A DNA stretch of 63,008 nt, taken from assembly GCA_965371515.1 (NCBI GenBank), contig CBDUYR010000012.1, positions 1 through 63,008 on the forward strand. Reading direction: 5' to 3'. Each line of letters begins with the position of its first letter. Position 1 is the stretch's first letter. Below are positions 38,578 to 49,495 of this stretch, piece after piece. A model generated the notes under the pieces. The model worked only from the letters and a program-made list of their open reading frames with translations, made no database searches and had not been told where the DNA came from. The stretch comes from an uncultured bacterium (GTDB lineage: Bacteria > Krumholzibacteriota > Krumholzibacteriia > Krumholzibacteriales > Krumholzibacteriaceae). Position numbers and translations under genes: made by a program.

Positions 38578-40410
38578 ATGTGTGGAATAGTCGGATATAT
38601 CGGCAGGAGCAAGAATGTAGGGGATATCCTGCTCGAGGGGCTCAAGAGGCTCGAATACAGGGGGTACGACTCGGCGGGGATCGCCATCGTCCGCGACGGC
38701 GAGCTGTTCACCGAGAAGATGCCCGGCAAGATAAAAGAGCTCGAGGATATCCTGAGGGACAAAGACCTCTCCGGAAGCATCGGTATCGCTCACACGAGAT
38801 GGGCAACGCACGGTGAACCGAACAGGATCAACGCCCACCCGCACTACTCCTCGGATATGAAGATCGCCATCGTTCACAACGGGATAATAGAGAACTACCT
38901 GACGCTGAAAAAAACGCTCATCGCCGAAGGGTGCGAGTTCACATCGGATACCGACACGGAGGTGCTTGCCCACCTGATCGAGAGATTCTACAACGGCGAC
39001 GATCTCGAGGTCGCCGTGCAGAGGGCACTCGAGGTGGTCGAGGGTACCTACGGCATCCTGGTTGTCTCCGCCTCAGAACCGGAGAAGCTGGTCGCGGCGA
39101 GAAACGGCTCGCCGGTCGTCTTCGGTATAGGCGACGACGAGTACATCATAGCGAGCGACGTCGCCGCTCTGCTCAAGCATACACGCCAGGTGATCTACCT
39201 CGAGGACCAGCAGATGGTCGTCGCTACGCCTGATCACTTCACGACGATGACGGTCCAGAACGAATACGTCGAGCACCAGATAGAGGAAGTCGACTGGGAC
39301 CTCGAGCAGATCGAGAAGGGCGGATTCGAGCACTTCATGCTCAAGGAGATATTCGAGCAGCCCGAGACGATCCGCAATGCGATGAGGGGAAGGCTTATAG
39401 ATGAGACGGGCCGCGCCAAGCTCGGTGGCCTCGGCATGACTGCGGAGGAGATGCGCGAGGTAAAGCGGTTGGTGATCCTCGGGTGTGGCACGAGCTGGCA
39501 CGCCGGGCTCCTCGGTGAGTACATGATCGAGGATAAGGTGCGCATCCCCGTCGAGGTCGAATATGCGAGCGAGTTCCGCTACCGCAATCCCGTTCTCGAG
39601 GAGGGTACGCTCGTCTTTGCCATCAGCCAGTCGGGCGAGACGGTAGACACACTCGCCGCGCTGCGTGAGGCGAAGAACCGCGGCATGCACTGCATGGGGA
39701 TAGTAAACGTAGTCGGCAGCACGATCGCGCGTGAATCGAATGCCGGCGTCTACATCCACGCAGGCCCCGAGATCGGCGTGGCTTCGACGAAGGCATTCAC
39801 GTCGCAGATATCGGTCCTTTCGCTGCTCGCACTGATGTTCGGGCGCCAGCGGAACATCTCGCAGGCGGAGGGACAGGAGATGATCGCCGCGATGAAGGCC
39901 CTTCCCGAACAGGTCGCCCAGATCCTCGAGTCGAACGACTCTATCAGGGATATAGCGGAGAAATACCACAAGCACGACAATTTCCTGTACCTCGGCCGCG
40001 GACCGAACTACCCCGTCGCCCTCGAAGGAGCACTTAAACTCAAGGAGATCTCGTACGTGCACGCAGAAGGGTACCCGGCCGCAGAGATGAAGCACGGGCC
40101 GATCGCGCTCATCGACGAGAACATGCCCGTCGTTATCATCTGCCCGCGCGACGCTGCCTACCAGAAGATCATCGGCAACATCAACGAGGTGAAAGCAAGA
40201 AAGGGCAAGATCATCGCGATAACGACGGAGGGAGACGACGAGATCATCAAGATGGCCGACCATGTGATATTCATCCCGAGGACTCTCGATTTCCTCTACC
40301 CGATACTCACGGTCATACCGCTTCAGCTCATGGCCTATCATATCGCGGTGATGCGGGGCTGTCACGTCGACCAGCCGCGCAATCTCGCAAAGAGTGTCAC
40401 AGTCGAATAG
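38578..40410 (+). CDS. glmS: Glutamine--fructose-6-phosphate aminotransferase
   Basis: MCGIVG, HTRWATHG, SQSGET, VASTKAF, PRNLAKSVTVE. Confidence 0.98.
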   Translation: MCGIVGYIGRSKNVGDILLEGLKRLEYRGYDSAGIAIVRDGELFTEKMPGKIKELEDILRDKDLSGSIGIAHTRWATHGEPNRINAHPHYSSDMKIAIVHNGIIENYLTLKKTLIAEGCEFTSDTDTEVLAHLIERFYNGDDLEVAVQRALEVVEGTYGILVVSASEPEKLVAARNGSPVVFGIGDDEYIIASDVAALLKHTRQVIYLEDQQMVVATPDHFTTMTVQNEYVEHQIEEVDWDLEQIEKGGFEHFMLKEIFEQPETIRNAMRGRLIDETGRAKLGGLGMTAEEMREVKRLVILGCGTSWHAGLLGEYMIEDKVRIPVEVEYASEFRYRNPVLEEGTLVFAISQSGETVDTLAALREAKNRGMHCMGIVNVVGSTIARESNAGVYIHAGPEIGVASTKAFTSQISVLSLLALMFGRQRNISQAEGQEMIAAMKALPEQVAQILESNDSIRDIAEKYHKHDNFLYLGRGPNYPVALEGALKLKEISYVHAEGYPAAEMKHGPIALIDENMPVVIICPRDAAYQKIIGNINEVKARKGKIIAITTEGDDEIIKMADHVIFIPRTLDFLYPILTVIPLQLMAYHIAVMRGCHVDQPRNLAKSVTVE

Positions 40411-40425
40411 AAGGGAACTGATCCG

Positions 40426-40803
40426 ATGAAGGGAATCATCAGCACTGACAAGGCTCCTGCCGCAGTCGGCCCTTACAGCCAGGCGGTCAGGGCGGGAGAA
40501 TTGCTTTTCATCTCTGGCCAGATCGGCATCGATCCGGCCACGGGCAATATGGCCGAGGGCCTCGAGGCCCAGGTCAAGCAGGTCCTCGAAAACCTGAAAT
40601 CGATCGTCGAGGAAGCGGGCGGAAGCATGGACTCGATAGTCAAGGCGACCGTCCTGCTCCAGTCGATGGACGACTTCAAGGCGATGAACGGGATCTACGC
40701 GGGGTATTTCGAGTCGGATCCCCCGGCCAGGGCGGCCTTCGAGGTCGGCGCACTGCCCCTTGGCGCGCTGGTAGAGATCGAGGCGATCGCTCTTCTCGAT
40801 TGA
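40426..40803 (+). CDS. ridA: RidA / YjgF family enamine deaminase
   Basis: APAAVGPYSQA, SGQIG, PPAR, LP...VEIEAIA. Confidence 0.93.
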   Translation: MKGIISTDKAPAAVGPYSQAVRAGELLFISGQIGIDPATGNMAEGLEAQVKQVLENLKSIVEEAGGSMDSIVKATVLLQSMDDFKAMNGIYAGYFESDPPARAAFEVGALPLGALVEIEAIALLD

Positions 40804-40808
40804 GATTC

Positions 40809-40837
40809 TTTACAGTGTCCCGGGATTTAACTATCGT
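40809..40837 (+). promoter_or_regulatory. Probable promoter of tRNA-Sec
   Basis: TTTACA-17 nt-TATCGT, ending 9 nt before the tRNA 5' end. Confidence 0.5.
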
Positions 40838-40846
40838 TGATCGGGC

Positions 40847-40944
40847 GGGAATGGATGGGTTCTGGTGGGCCCCGAGGACTTCAAATCCTTCTGCCGGGTG
40901 CTAAAACCATCCGGGGTGGGTTCGATTCCCACACGTTCCCGCCA
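40847..40944 (+). tRNA. selC: tRNA-Sec(TCA)
   Basis: 98 nt; extended acceptor GGGAATGG/ACGTTCCC-GCCA; long D stem closing TGGT; anticodon arm GAGGA-CTTCAAA-TCCTT; long variable arm; T arm GTGGG-TTCGATT-CCCAC. Confidence 0.93.
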
Positions 40945-41001
40945 TATCTCTATCCGGCGCGCGGATGATCGAACGCGCCGGGGCGCAACGGGGAGAACCG
41001 G

Positions 41002-41625
41002 TTGAATCTTCGCAGGTTGATAATCCCGTCCGCTGTGCTCGCGGCACTGATCGCCGGAACCGCGTGCGTCGCCGGAGAGGCTGCTTCCAGTCCCGGCTTT
41101 CCTGCCCTCTCTCTGCCGGCGCCGGCCGACACGACGGCGAAAAAGGCTGAGCAGCAGGACTGGTCGTCCGACCATATCAAGGAACTTCTGTCACAAGAGA
41201 CGGGTGAGCCCGACATCGAGGGGTCGACCTGGAAGAAGAGGAAAAACCCGAGGACGGCGATGCTCTGCGCCCTCGTATTCCCCGGACTGGGCCAGATCTA
41301 CAACGAGAAGGCGTTCAAGGCAGTGATAGCCCTCAGTGTCGAGACCTACTATATAATGAACTTTCTTCACAACTACAGGATGGCGGATGACTGGCTCGAG
41401 AAGAGGGACGGCTACGACACGAGCGACCCAGAATGGAGGAACGCCAACGCCTGGTACGAGGAGTACAAGGAGAGGACGGTAGACTGGATGTGGTGGACAG
41501 CCGGAGTCGTGCTTGTCGTGATGCTCGATGCCTACGTCGACGCCCACCTGCACGACATGCGTTTCCGTCTCGAAACCGCCCGCAGGGGAGAGGGAACAGG
41601 GCTTGCCGTAGTTGTTGATTTCTAG
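41002..41625 (+). CDS. Exported/membrane protein, DUF5683-like
   Basis: Signal peptide, KNPRTAMLCALVFPGLGQIYN, LDAYVDAHL, terminal Phe. Confidence 0.72.
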   Translation: MNLRRLIIPSAVLAALIAGTACVAGEAASSPGFPALSLPAPADTTAKKAEQQDWSSDHIKELLSQETGEPDIEGSTWKKRKNPRTAMLCALVFPGLGQIYNEKAFKAVIALSVETYYIMNFLHNYRMADDWLEKRDGYDTSDPEWRNANAWYEEYKERTVDWMWWTAGVVLVVMLDAYVDAHLHDMRFRLETARRGEGTGLAVVVDF

Positions 41626-41737
41626 GTATCGATGTTGCATTATCTCCCATAGGCCCGCGCTGGCGGGATGCTTCCTGTGAAACAGCGACGGGCCCGAATC
41701 GTATATAATGGAGATTACAGACCGCTCGGAGGACCGG

Positions 41738-42367
41738 ATGTCAGATAAGGGAAACGGCAATGTAAAGAGGAAGGAAGCTCCGCCCAAGTCGAAGCTTCGT
41801 GAATACATAGAGATAGTCGTCACGGCGGTTGTGCTCGCGCTCATCGTACGCGCGCTTATCGTGCAGAGCTATCATATCCCCTCCGAGTCGATGGAGGATA
41901 CACTGCTTAAAGGCGATTTCCTCTTCGCGTCCAAGTTCATATACGGCGCCAAGGTCCCGATGACAGACTACAGGCTTCCCTCTATAAGGGACCCGAAGCC
42001 AGGCGACATCATCATCTTCAAGTATCCGAGGGACGGGAAGACCGACTATATCAAGCGGTGCATAGCCATAGAGGGCCAGACCGTGGAGGTCAGGGGCAAG
42101 GTCCTCAAGGTCGACGGGAAGGTGATGGAGGAGGATTACACGAAACACATTCGCGGCGGCAGGGTGCTGAGCAAATATGGGCCGAAGACAGTTCCGAAGG
42201 GACACGTCTTCGTGATGGGCGATAACAGGGACAACAGCGCCGACTCGCGCGAATGGGGTATGCTGCAAAGGAAATATATCATGGGCAAGGCCCTGTTCAT
42301 CTATTTCTCGGTCCAGAAGGAATGGCCCTGGGTGCGGGTCACCAGGATCGGCGATCTGATAAGGTGA
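41738..42367 (+). CDS. lepB: Signal peptidase I
   Basis: IPSESMEDTL (Ser), YIKRC (Lys), MGDNRDNSADSR. ATG 41738 follows GGAGG; alternative start 41708. Confidence 0.95.
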   Translation: MSDKGNGNVKRKEAPPKSKLREYIEIVVTAVVLALIVRALIVQSYHIPSESMEDTLLKGDFLFASKFIYGAKVPMTDYRLPSIRDPKPGDIIIFKYPRDGKTDYIKRCIAIEGQTVEVRGKVLKVDGKVMEEDYTKHIRGGRVLSKYGPKTVPKGHVFVMGDNRDNSADSREWGMLQRKYIMGKALFIYFSVQKEWPWVRVTRIGDLIR

Positions 42368-42531
42368 GTTTCCGCCCGAAGGGGCGATTACCGACAACAA
42401 GCAGAAGAAAATTTTCTCCCAGGGCATTATTATTGCAACTTCGGTCCTGAAAGGCTGCGGAACGTCTCCGGGCGTTTCAGTGACTAAGCCAGTGAGCGGC
42501 AAATTGCAATTATGACAGGCGTTTACGGCCC

Positions 42532-42560
42532 TTGACAAAGGGGCGGAGAGGCCCTACATT
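42532..42560 (+). promoter_or_regulatory. Sigma70-type promoter of the hrcA-dnaK operon
   Basis: TTGACA-17 nt-TACATT. Confidence 0.75.
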
Positions 42561-42571
42561 ATTGCAGACAG

Positions 42572-42598
42572 TTAGCAGTCTACCATGGAGAGTGCCAG
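42572..42598 (+). promoter_or_regulatory. CIRCE operator (HrcA-binding site)
   Basis: TTAGCAGTC-N9-GAGTGCCAG versus the consensus TTAGCACTC-N9-GAGTGCTAA, immediately before hrcA. Confidence 0.9.
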
Positions 42599-42600
42599 AA

Positions 42601-43623
42601 ATGACGGCCAAAAATGACGTAACACCCGTAGAATCAGAGACATTGCGGAACGCAGTGGATCTATTCATCGATACGGGAAAACCGGTCAGTTCGAAAATGC
42701 TGAAGAAAAGATACCGGTTACAGTCCAGTTCGGCCAATATCCGTGCGATCCTGAACCGCCTCGAATCGAGAGGTCTTCTCTATAAGCCTCACGTTTCCGC
42801 GGGCCGGGTGCCGAGCGATGCGGGATACCGTCTCTATGTCGATGGGATAGGGAGGATCGGCAGACCGGCAAGGCGAGTCATCGAGCAGTTGAAGTCGAGG
42901 ATGGGTCGCAACCAGGGCGATATCCGCGGTATCATGGCGACCACGTCCCGGTTGATCAGCGAACTGACAAACTGCGTCGGGCTGATGGTCGGGGTGTTCG
43001 GTTCCGGAGGCAGGATCGGCAGGCTCGAGATGATTCAGCGCGAGGGCAACAGGGCGCTGGTCATCCTGCGCACAGAGGACGGCAGAGAGAGGATGGTCGA
43101 GGTCGAAACGGACCGCAGGTACAGACCGCGCGTTATCGACCGGGCCGTACAGTTAATAAACGAGAGAATAGCGGGCTGCCCGTTCCACGAGGCACCAGAA
43201 CGCCTCGCCGGATGCACCAGGGAGTGCACCGGGCCGGACAGGGAGATCGCAGTAGTGGTCGCCGGCGAATCGGATTACCTCTTTGGAGGTATGTATGACC
43301 TGGAGTACTATCTGAGAAGAACGGACAGCACCGAAGATACACCGGAGATGCAGGATCCTCGCATCTTGCGTTCTCTCGTCACCCTGATGGGAGAGAAGAG
43401 CCTGATGCTGAGGACAATGAGAAACCGATTCGGGCGCGGAGTGATGGTGACAATAGGCGCCGAGCACGAGATAGAGGAATTGAAGGATTTCTCAGTCGTG
43501 ACCAGAGCGATCCCCGCGGGAAGATGCGAGGGGCTGCTCGGAGTGCTCGGACCGACGAGGATGAGTTACCGGTCGGTACTGTCCCTTCTTGACGGGATGG
43601 CGAGCGAGTTGATAGAGCTATGA
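42601..43623 (+). CDS. hrcA: Heat-inducible transcription repressor HrcA
   Basis: TGKPVSS, SSANIR, PHVSAGRVPSDAGYRLYVD, GVLGPTRMSY; CIRCE upstream and grpE downstream. Confidence 0.9.
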   Translation: MTAKNDVTPVESETLRNAVDLFIDTGKPVSSKMLKKRYRLQSSSANIRAILNRLESRGLLYKPHVSAGRVPSDAGYRLYVDGIGRIGRPARRVIEQLKSRMGRNQGDIRGIMATTSRLISELTNCVGLMVGVFGSGGRIGRLEMIQREGNRALVILRTEDGRERMVEVETDRRYRPRVIDRAVQLINERIAGCPFHEAPERLAGCTRECTGPDREIAVVVAGESDYLFGGMYDLEYYLRRTDSTEDTPEMQDPRILRSLVTLMGEKSLMLRTMRNRFGRGVMVTIGAEHEIEELKDFSVVTRAIPAGRCEGLLGVLGPTRMSYRSVLSLLDGMASELIEL

Positions 43624-44429
43624 CAGGTTATCGTGAACTACGGAAGGAGGATCCCTTGACCAGCGAAGGTGAAAAGACCGGAAAGACCGAATCCTCCAGG
43701 AAGACGGAGACACAGGACCTCGTCGATCCCGACGACATCGAGATCCTGCACGATGATGTCGAGGATGAGGATGGGGGCGAATCCTTACCCGTAACGCCTG
43801 AAAAATCGGTAGAAGCTGCCGGTAAAAGTGAACTGGAATGGCTGAGGAATCCGGACGACGAAACGTATAAAAAGTCAGATGGTAAGAAATCCGGGAAGAA
43901 AAGGCCCAAAAAGGCATCCAAAGCTGAACTGGCCGACCATCTTATCCGCAAGAACGAGATGCTCCAGAGGCTCCGCGAGAGGCTTATCGAGACGGAAAAA
44001 GTTGTTGAAATAAAAGAAGATAGGTTGATGAGACTGGCGGCTGAGTTTGAAAATTACAAGAAGAGGACCCGTCAGGAATGGGAATTGCTTATAAATCAAG
44101 CGAATGCCGAGCTCCTCACAGAGATTCTCGGCATTCTCGACGACCTTGACCGGGCGTTCGAGCATTCGGGGGAATCGAACGAACATTTCAGGGATGGCAT
44201 TACAATTATTCATTCATCCCTCCTCGACCTGCTCAAGCGTAAGAAGCTCAGAGAGATCGAAGCGGCCGGCAAACCGTTCGATCCTCAGTATCATGAGGCG
44301 GTAGCCGAGATGAAGAGCGAAGACGTTGAGGAAGGGATCGTCGCTGAAGTGGTTCAGAAAGGATATATGTTGAACGACCAGGTAATCAGGCCGGCCAAAG
44401 TCGTTGTCTCAAAAGGAAGCGGCCAATAG
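43620..44429 (+). CDS. grpE: Nucleotide exchange factor GrpE with a long charged N-terminal extension
   Basis: [39 protein letters not shown]; alternative start TTG 43656. Confidence 0.93.
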   Translation: MTGYRELRKEDPLTSEGEKTGKTESSRKTETQDLVDPDDIEILHDDVEDEDGGESLPVTPEKSVEAAGKSELEWLRNPDDETYKKSDGKKSGKKRPKKASKAELADHLIRKNEMLQRLRERLIETEKVVEIKEDRLMRLAAEFENYKKRTRQEWELLINQANAELLTEILGILDDLDRAFEHSGESNEHFRDGITIIHSSLLDLLKRKKLREIEAAGKPFDPQYHEAVAEMKSEDVEEGIVAEVVQKGYMLNDQVIRPAKVVVSKGSGQ

Positions 44430-44463
44430 GAGCCTGGTGCCCCGCCGGAAAGAGGACAGAAAC

Positions 44464-46296
44464 ATGGGAAAGGTAATAGGTATCGATCTCGGAACGACAA
44501 ACTCGTGCGTAGCTGTAATCGAGGGAAACGAGCCGGTGATCATTCCGAGCGCTGAAGGTGGACGCACCATTCCTTCGGTCATAGCTCTGGCGAAAAACAA
44601 CGAGAGGCTCGTCGGACAGCTGGCCAAGAGACAGCAGGTGACCAATCCCGACAACACGATATACAGTATTAAGCGTTTCATCGGCAGAAGGTTTTCCGAG
44701 GCCGAGGAAGAGACGAAGCAGGTAACCTACTCGATCAAGAGCGGCAAGAACGACGAGATCCTCGTCGAGCTCAAGGACCGCAGTTATCGCACGCAGGAGA
44801 TCTCAGCGATGATGCTCCGTGCGATAAAGACCTTCGCCGAGGAGTATCTCGGTGAGGAGGTCACCGAGGCCATAATTACCGTTCCGGCATATTTCAACGA
44901 CGGCCAGCGTCAGGCGACAAAGGACGCTGGCAAGATCGCGGGACTAGAGGTCAAGAGGATAGTCAATGAACCGACGGCAGCCGCGCTCGCCTACGGGCTC
45001 GACAAGGACAAGAAAGGCACGATCGCCATCTACGATCTCGGCGGCGGTACTTTCGACATCTCGATACTCGAGCTCAGCGAGGGCGTATATCAGGTCAAGT
45101 CGACAAACGGCGACACGTTGCTCGGAGGCGATGACCTGGACCGCGTGATCGTCAAGTTCATAGTGGATAACTTCAAGGAAACCAGCGGAGTGGACCTGTC
45201 CGAGGACAAGATGGCTATGCAGAGGATCAGGGAAGCTGCGGAGAAGGCCAAATGCGAGCTGAGTACGGTCCACGAGACGAATATAAACCTGCCGTTCATC
45301 TGCGCAGATGAGGAAGGACCGAAGCACCTCGATTTCGTGCTCACCAGGGCCGAGATGGAAAAGCTGATCCATTCCCTCGTGCAGAGGACTCTCGAACCCT
45401 GCAAGCAGGCGCTCGAGGACGCGGGCCTGAAGGTAGAGGACATAGACGACGTCATCCTGGTCGGCGGCTCGACGAGGATCCCCGCCGTGAGGAAGTTCGT
45501 GAACGATTTCTTCCGCCAGGAGCCTCACAAGGGCGTCAATCCTGACGAAGTAGTCGCGATGGGCGCCGCCATACAGGGTGGAGTCCTTTCCGGAGACGTC
45601 GACGAGATATTGCTGCTCGACGTCACCCCTCTCAGTCTCGGGATAGAGACTCTCGGCGGGATGATGACGAAGCTGATTCAACGTAATACGACGATACCGT
45701 GCAAGCATGGTCAGGTGTTTTCCACGGCGACGGACAACCAGCCTGCCGTGAGTATCCATGTTCTGCAGGGTGAGCGCGAGATGGCGAAGGACAACAGGAC
45801 ACTGGCGAGGTTCGACCTGGTCGGTCTCCCGCCCGCACCGCGCGGCGTAGTTCAGATCGAGGTCACATTCGACATCGACGTGGACGGTATCATGCACGTC
45901 TCAGCAAAGGATCTTGGCACCAGCAAGGAGCAGAAGATACAGGTCAAGGTCGCGAGCGGCCTTTCCGAGGACGACATCGAGAGGATGGTCAAGGACGCTG
46001 CGGAGCACGCCGTCGAGGACGAGCAGAAGAGAAGGGTCGCCAGGGTCCGCAACGAGGCGGAGATTCTCGTCTACTCGACAGAGAAGACGCTCGAGGAACA
46101 TCTCGACATGATCCCCGAGGACGACAGGGTGATCATCGAGGGAGCGCTGATTGATCTCAGGGATCTCATAAAGAACGAGGAAGCCGATCCGGAGGATATC
46201 CGACGCTCATCGGAGAACCTCTCAACAGCGGTATACAAGATCGCCGAGCTGATGTATCATCATGCGACTGACGATTCAGATTCGCTCGGTGGGTAA
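44464..46296 (+). CDS. dnaK: Chaperone DnaK (Hsp70)
   Basis: [55 protein letters not shown]. Confidence 0.97.
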   Translation: MGKVIGIDLGTTNSCVAVIEGNEPVIIPSAEGGRTIPSVIALAKNNERLVGQLAKRQQVTNPDNTIYSIKRFIGRRFSEAEEETKQVTYSIKSGKNDEILVELKDRSYRTQEISAMMLRAIKTFAEEYLGEEVTEAIITVPAYFNDGQRQATKDAGKIAGLEVKRIVNEPTAAALAYGLDKDKKGTIAIYDLGGGTFDISILELSEGVYQVKSTNGDTLLGGDDLDRVIVKFIVDNFKETSGVDLSEDKMAMQRIREAAEKAKCELSTVHETNINLPFICADEEGPKHLDFVLTRAEMEKLIHSLVQRTLEPCKQALEDAGLKVEDIDDVILVGGSTRIPAVRKFVNDFFRQEPHKGVNPDEVVAMGAAIQGGVLSGDVDEILLLDVTPLSLGIETLGGMMTKLIQRNTTIPCKHGQVFSTATDNQPAVSIHVLQGEREMAKDNRTLARFDLVGLPPAPRGVVQIEVTFDIDVDGIMHVSAKDLGTSKEQKIQVKVASGLSEDDIERMVKDAAEHAVEDEQKRRVARVRNEAEILVYSTEKTLEEHLDMIPEDDRVIIEGALIDLRDLIKNEEADPEDIRRSSENLSTAVYKIAELMYHHATDDSDSLGG

Positions 46297-46354
46297 AAAT
46301 AATTCTGATATCTCAATAACCGGCGTACAGATATAACAAGCGACCGGATGGGGC

Positions 46355-47500
46355 ATGGCGAAAAGGGACTACTACGAGGTGCTCGGCGTTGAGCGGAGTG
46401 CCTCGACCGATGATATAAAGAAAGCTTACCGCAAGCTTGCGCTCAAGCATCATCCCGACAAGAATCCAGGCGACCACGAGGCCGAGGAGAGGTTCAAGGA
46501 AGCCACAGAGGCTTACGAGGTCCTCCGCGACCAGGAGAAGAGGACGCAGTACGACCAGTTCGGCCATGCCGGCATGTCTGGCGCAGGCGGTGCAGGCGGA
46601 TTCGATTTCAGCGGTGGCTTCGATCTGAGCGATGCCCTGCGCGCTTTCATGCGCGATTTTGGTATGGGCGGTGGTGGATTCGACTTCTTCGGAGGCTCCC
46701 AGGGAGGTGGAAGAAGGCGGGGCGGAGCGAGGATGAGGGGCCGGGACCTTCAGATACATCTCAAGCTCACCCTCAAGGAGGTCTCCAGGGAGACCGTCAA
46801 GAAGATCAAGGTGTCGAGGATGGTCCCGTGCAAGGAGTGCGGCGGCTCGGGCTCCGCGAAGGGTTCCGAACGCAAGACCTGCCCGACCTGCCAGGGACAG
46901 GGGGAGATCAGGCAGGCATCGAGATCGCTCTTCGGCACATTCATAAACGTTTCGGCCTGTTCGACATGCGGGGGAGAGGGCACGATAGTGACCGATCCCT
47001 GCACGAAGTGCAGGGGCGACGGACGCGTGAAGGGTACGAGCAGCGTCGAGGTAAAGATCCCCGCCGGCGTCTCGACCGGCAATTACATCACATTGTCCGG
47101 CCAGGGCGATTCGGCCCCGAGGGGCGGCGTGCCCGGCGACCTGATAATCGTCATCGAAGAGATCGAGGACAAGACCTTCGAGAGGCACGGCTTCGACATC
47201 CTGCTCGACCTGCCTGTATCGTTCAGCCAGCTCGCCCTCGGCGACAAGGTCGAGATCCGGACGCTCGAGGGAAAAGCCGTGCTGAAGATCCCCGCCGGGA
47301 CGCATTCGCACAAGATATTCCGCCTGAAAGGCAAGGGTATACAGAGTCTCCACGGCCACGGCCGCGGCGACCAGCTCGTAAGGCTGATCGCCTGGACGCC
47401 GCAGAACATCTCCGGTGAGGAGAAAGAGGCCTTCGAGAACCTCGACAAAAAGCTCAAGAACGACCTTCCGCCCGCTGGCAGGAAGGTCTACACTTCCTGA
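46355..47500 (+). CDS. dnaJ: Chaperone DnaJ
   Basis: J domain with HPD, G/F region, four CxxCxGxG repeats. Confidence 0.97.
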   Translation: MAKRDYYEVLGVERSASTDDIKKAYRKLALKHHPDKNPGDHEAEERFKEATEAYEVLRDQEKRTQYDQFGHAGMSGAGGAGGFDFSGGFDLSDALRAFMRDFGMGGGGFDFFGGSQGGGRRRGGARMRGRDLQIHLKLTLKEVSRETVKKIKVSRMVPCKECGGSGSAKGSERKTCPTCQGQGEIRQASRSLFGTFINVSACSTCGGEGTIVTDPCTKCRGDGRVKGTSSVEVKIPAGVSTGNYITLSGQGDSAPRGGVPGDLIIVIEEIEDKTFERHGFDILLDLPVSFSQLALGDKVEIRTLEGKAVLKIPAGTHSHKIFRLKGKGIQSLHGHGRGDQLVRLIAWTPQNISGEEKEAFENLDKKLKNDLPPAGRKVYTS

Positions 47501-47501
47501 T

Positions 47502-48275
47502 ATGTCATCGGAGAGATTCTTTATCATCAATGAATCGCCCTCCAGGGGGGATGTGGTCGTCCTGGGCGAGGGCGAGTCGCGTCACCTGTTCAAGGTCGTC
47601 AGAGCGAAACCGGGCGATGAAGTGACCCTCCTCGACGGCGCGGGCGGCATGTACAGGGCCGTGATCAGGACGGGTGGAACAATCGGCGGCCTGAAAAGGA
47701 ACTCCGACGTTACGGCCGAGATCGTGTCGGCAAAACAGTCCGGGCCGGCCTTCACCGTCGTTGTCGCGGTGCCCCTGATCAAGTCGCACAGAATGGATAT
47801 CGCCGTAGAAAAATGCGCAGAGATAGGTGTGAGGCGGATAATACCGTTTCAGTGCGAGAGAAGCATCTGGAAGGGCGGCGAGCGGGAAGCCCTGAAGAAG
47901 CGGGAGCGCCTCGAGAGAAAGGTCGCCGCGGCCTGCAAGCAGTCGGGCAATCCGTGGTTCACGAGAATTGAGCCTGTGACTCCATTCGCCGGGTTCCTCG
48001 ACAGGCTGAAGGATTACGGGAGGATATATCTCGCTGACGCCGACGGCCTGTCATTTTCTGCCGTATCAGGAGAAGAGGACGGCCTGCCGGCGCATCCGCT
48101 CGAGATGCTGGGGATAACCGGGCCGGAGGGCGGATTGACGGAAACGGAGAAGGAAGCGCTCGTTTCGGCCGGCGCCGTCAAGGTCTCACTTGGCCTGAAC
48201 CGGCTCAGAAGCGAGACGAGCTCGTTTTTGATCGCCTCCCTCATGATACTCCGGGAAATGGATTACAGGACATAG
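47502..48275 (+). CDS. rsmE: 16S rRNA m3U1498 methyltransferase RsmE
   Basis: HLFKVVR, EKCAEIG, AACKQS, GPEGG, LRSET. Confidence 0.9.
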   Translation: MSSERFFIINESPSRGDVVVLGEGESRHLFKVVRAKPGDEVTLLDGAGGMYRAVIRTGGTIGGLKRNSDVTAEIVSAKQSGPAFTVVVAVPLIKSHRMDIAVEKCAEIGVRRIIPFQCERSIWKGGEREALKKRERLERKVAAACKQSGNPWFTRIEPVTPFAGFLDRLKDYGRIYLADADGLSFSAVSGEEDGLPAHPLEMLGITGPEGGLTETEKEALVSAGAVKVSLGLNRLRSETSSFLIASLMILREMDYRT

Positions 48276-48292
48276 AGAAACCCCGCCTTTTG

Positions 48293-48322
48293 TTGACGCA
48301 CGGCGTCAGCCGTGTATATAAT
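48293..48322 (+). promoter_or_regulatory. Sigma70-type promoter of the yqeY...rpoD operon
   Basis: TTGACG-18 nt-TATAAT; the spacer holds the palindrome CACGGC-GTCA-GCCGTG. Confidence 0.65.
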
Positions 48323-48366
48323 CCTCGATTAGTCATTATACGGGATCAGATCTCGAAAGGGATGCC

Positions 48367-48831
48367 ATGGCTGGAAATGTAATCACGGTAAAACTGCAGG
48401 AGCACCTCAAGGCGGCGATGAAGGAGAAGGACAAGCTCCGTGTCAGCACCATGCGGATGCTGATAAGCGAGATGAAGAACGCCCAGCTCAAAGAGAGAGG
48501 GGAGCTGAGCGAGGAGAAGGAGCTCTCCATCCTGACAAGCTACGCAAAGAAGAGGCGCGAGTCGATCAAGAGTTACGAGCAGGGCGGCCGTGACGATCTC
48601 GTAGAGAGTGAGCGCAAGGAGCTCGAGATCGTGATGACCTATCTCCCCGAGCAGATGGGAGAGGACGAGATCAGGGCCGAAGTCGAAGGGATAATCGTGG
48701 AGACCGGTGCGAGCGGGCCACAGGACATGAGTAAGGTGATGGGACAGATGATGGCAAAGTTCAAGGGCCGCGTCGACGGAGGCATCGTGAAGACGATCGC
48801 GATGGAACAACTGCGCGGTGGAAAGGAATAG
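48367..48831 (+). CDS. yqeY: GatB/YqeY domain protein
   Basis: LKAAMKEKD, KKRRESI..Y..GGR.DL, YLPEQM, DMSKVMG. Confidence 0.92.
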   Translation: MAGNVITVKLQEHLKAAMKEKDKLRVSTMRMLISEMKNAQLKERGELSEEKELSILTSYAKKRRESIKSYEQGGRDDLVESERKELEIVMTYLPEQMGEDEIRAEVEGIIVETGASGPQDMSKVMGQMMAKFKGRVDGGIVKTIAMEQLRGGKE

Positions 48832-48835
48832 ATAG

Positions 48836-49450
48836 TTGGAGATAGTACGGATACTGGTGATAGCGCTCCTCGCCTGGTTCTTCATCGTCGGGCTCAAGAG
48901 GGGCCTGCTGCGCCAGGTGCTCGAGGTGGTCGGGATCATCGTAGCGTTCCTGGCCGCATTCTACCTCGCCCATGCCCTCGCTGTGTGGATAGAGGGAAAG
49001 ACCTCGGCCGATTACAGGGTCGCACTCGCACTCGCCGCACTGGCGATCTTCATGGGGATCATCATCGGTGTCCATTTCGTCGGCGACGGACTGCATAAGT
49101 TCTTTGGCCTGACGATCATGGGGATGTTCGACCGCGTTGCCGGCGGGTTTTTCGGCGCGCTGAAGGGCGTGCTGCTCGTCAGTCTCGTGTTCTCGCTGAT
49201 GATGGTCCTCCCGTTTCCCGAAGATCTAAAGGACGAGGTCAGGGAAGACCCGGTTACTGGCGCCATATACCCGGTCCTGCCGTTGATGTTCGATATCGTG
49301 ATGAGCAATATACCGGGAGGCGCGAAGTTTGAGCAGATCGCGAGGATCAAGGACTCAGACGCGATCAGGGATGCGAAGAAAAAGATCGATAATATAAAGA
49401 AAAATTTCGAGAAGAGCAAAGAGCGGCTGGAAAACGACCCTGAAGACTGA
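48836..49450 (+). CDS. cvpA: CvpA family membrane protein
   Basis: GLKRGLLRQ, four TM helices, DRVAGGFFGALKG. Confidence 0.85.
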   Translation: MEIVRILVIALLAWFFIVGLKRGLLRQVLEVVGIIVAFLAAFYLAHALAVWIEGKTSADYRVALALAALAIFMGIIIGVHFVGDGLHKFFGLTIMGMFDRVAGGFFGALKGVLLVSLVFSLMMVLPFPEDLKDEVREDPVTGAIYPVLPLMFDIVMSNIPGGAKFEQIARIKDSDAIRDAKKKIDNIKKNFEKSKERLENDPED

Positions 49451-49495
49451 TACCGCACCGGCATGTACCGGTACGTCCCCCGAAAAGGAATACTA

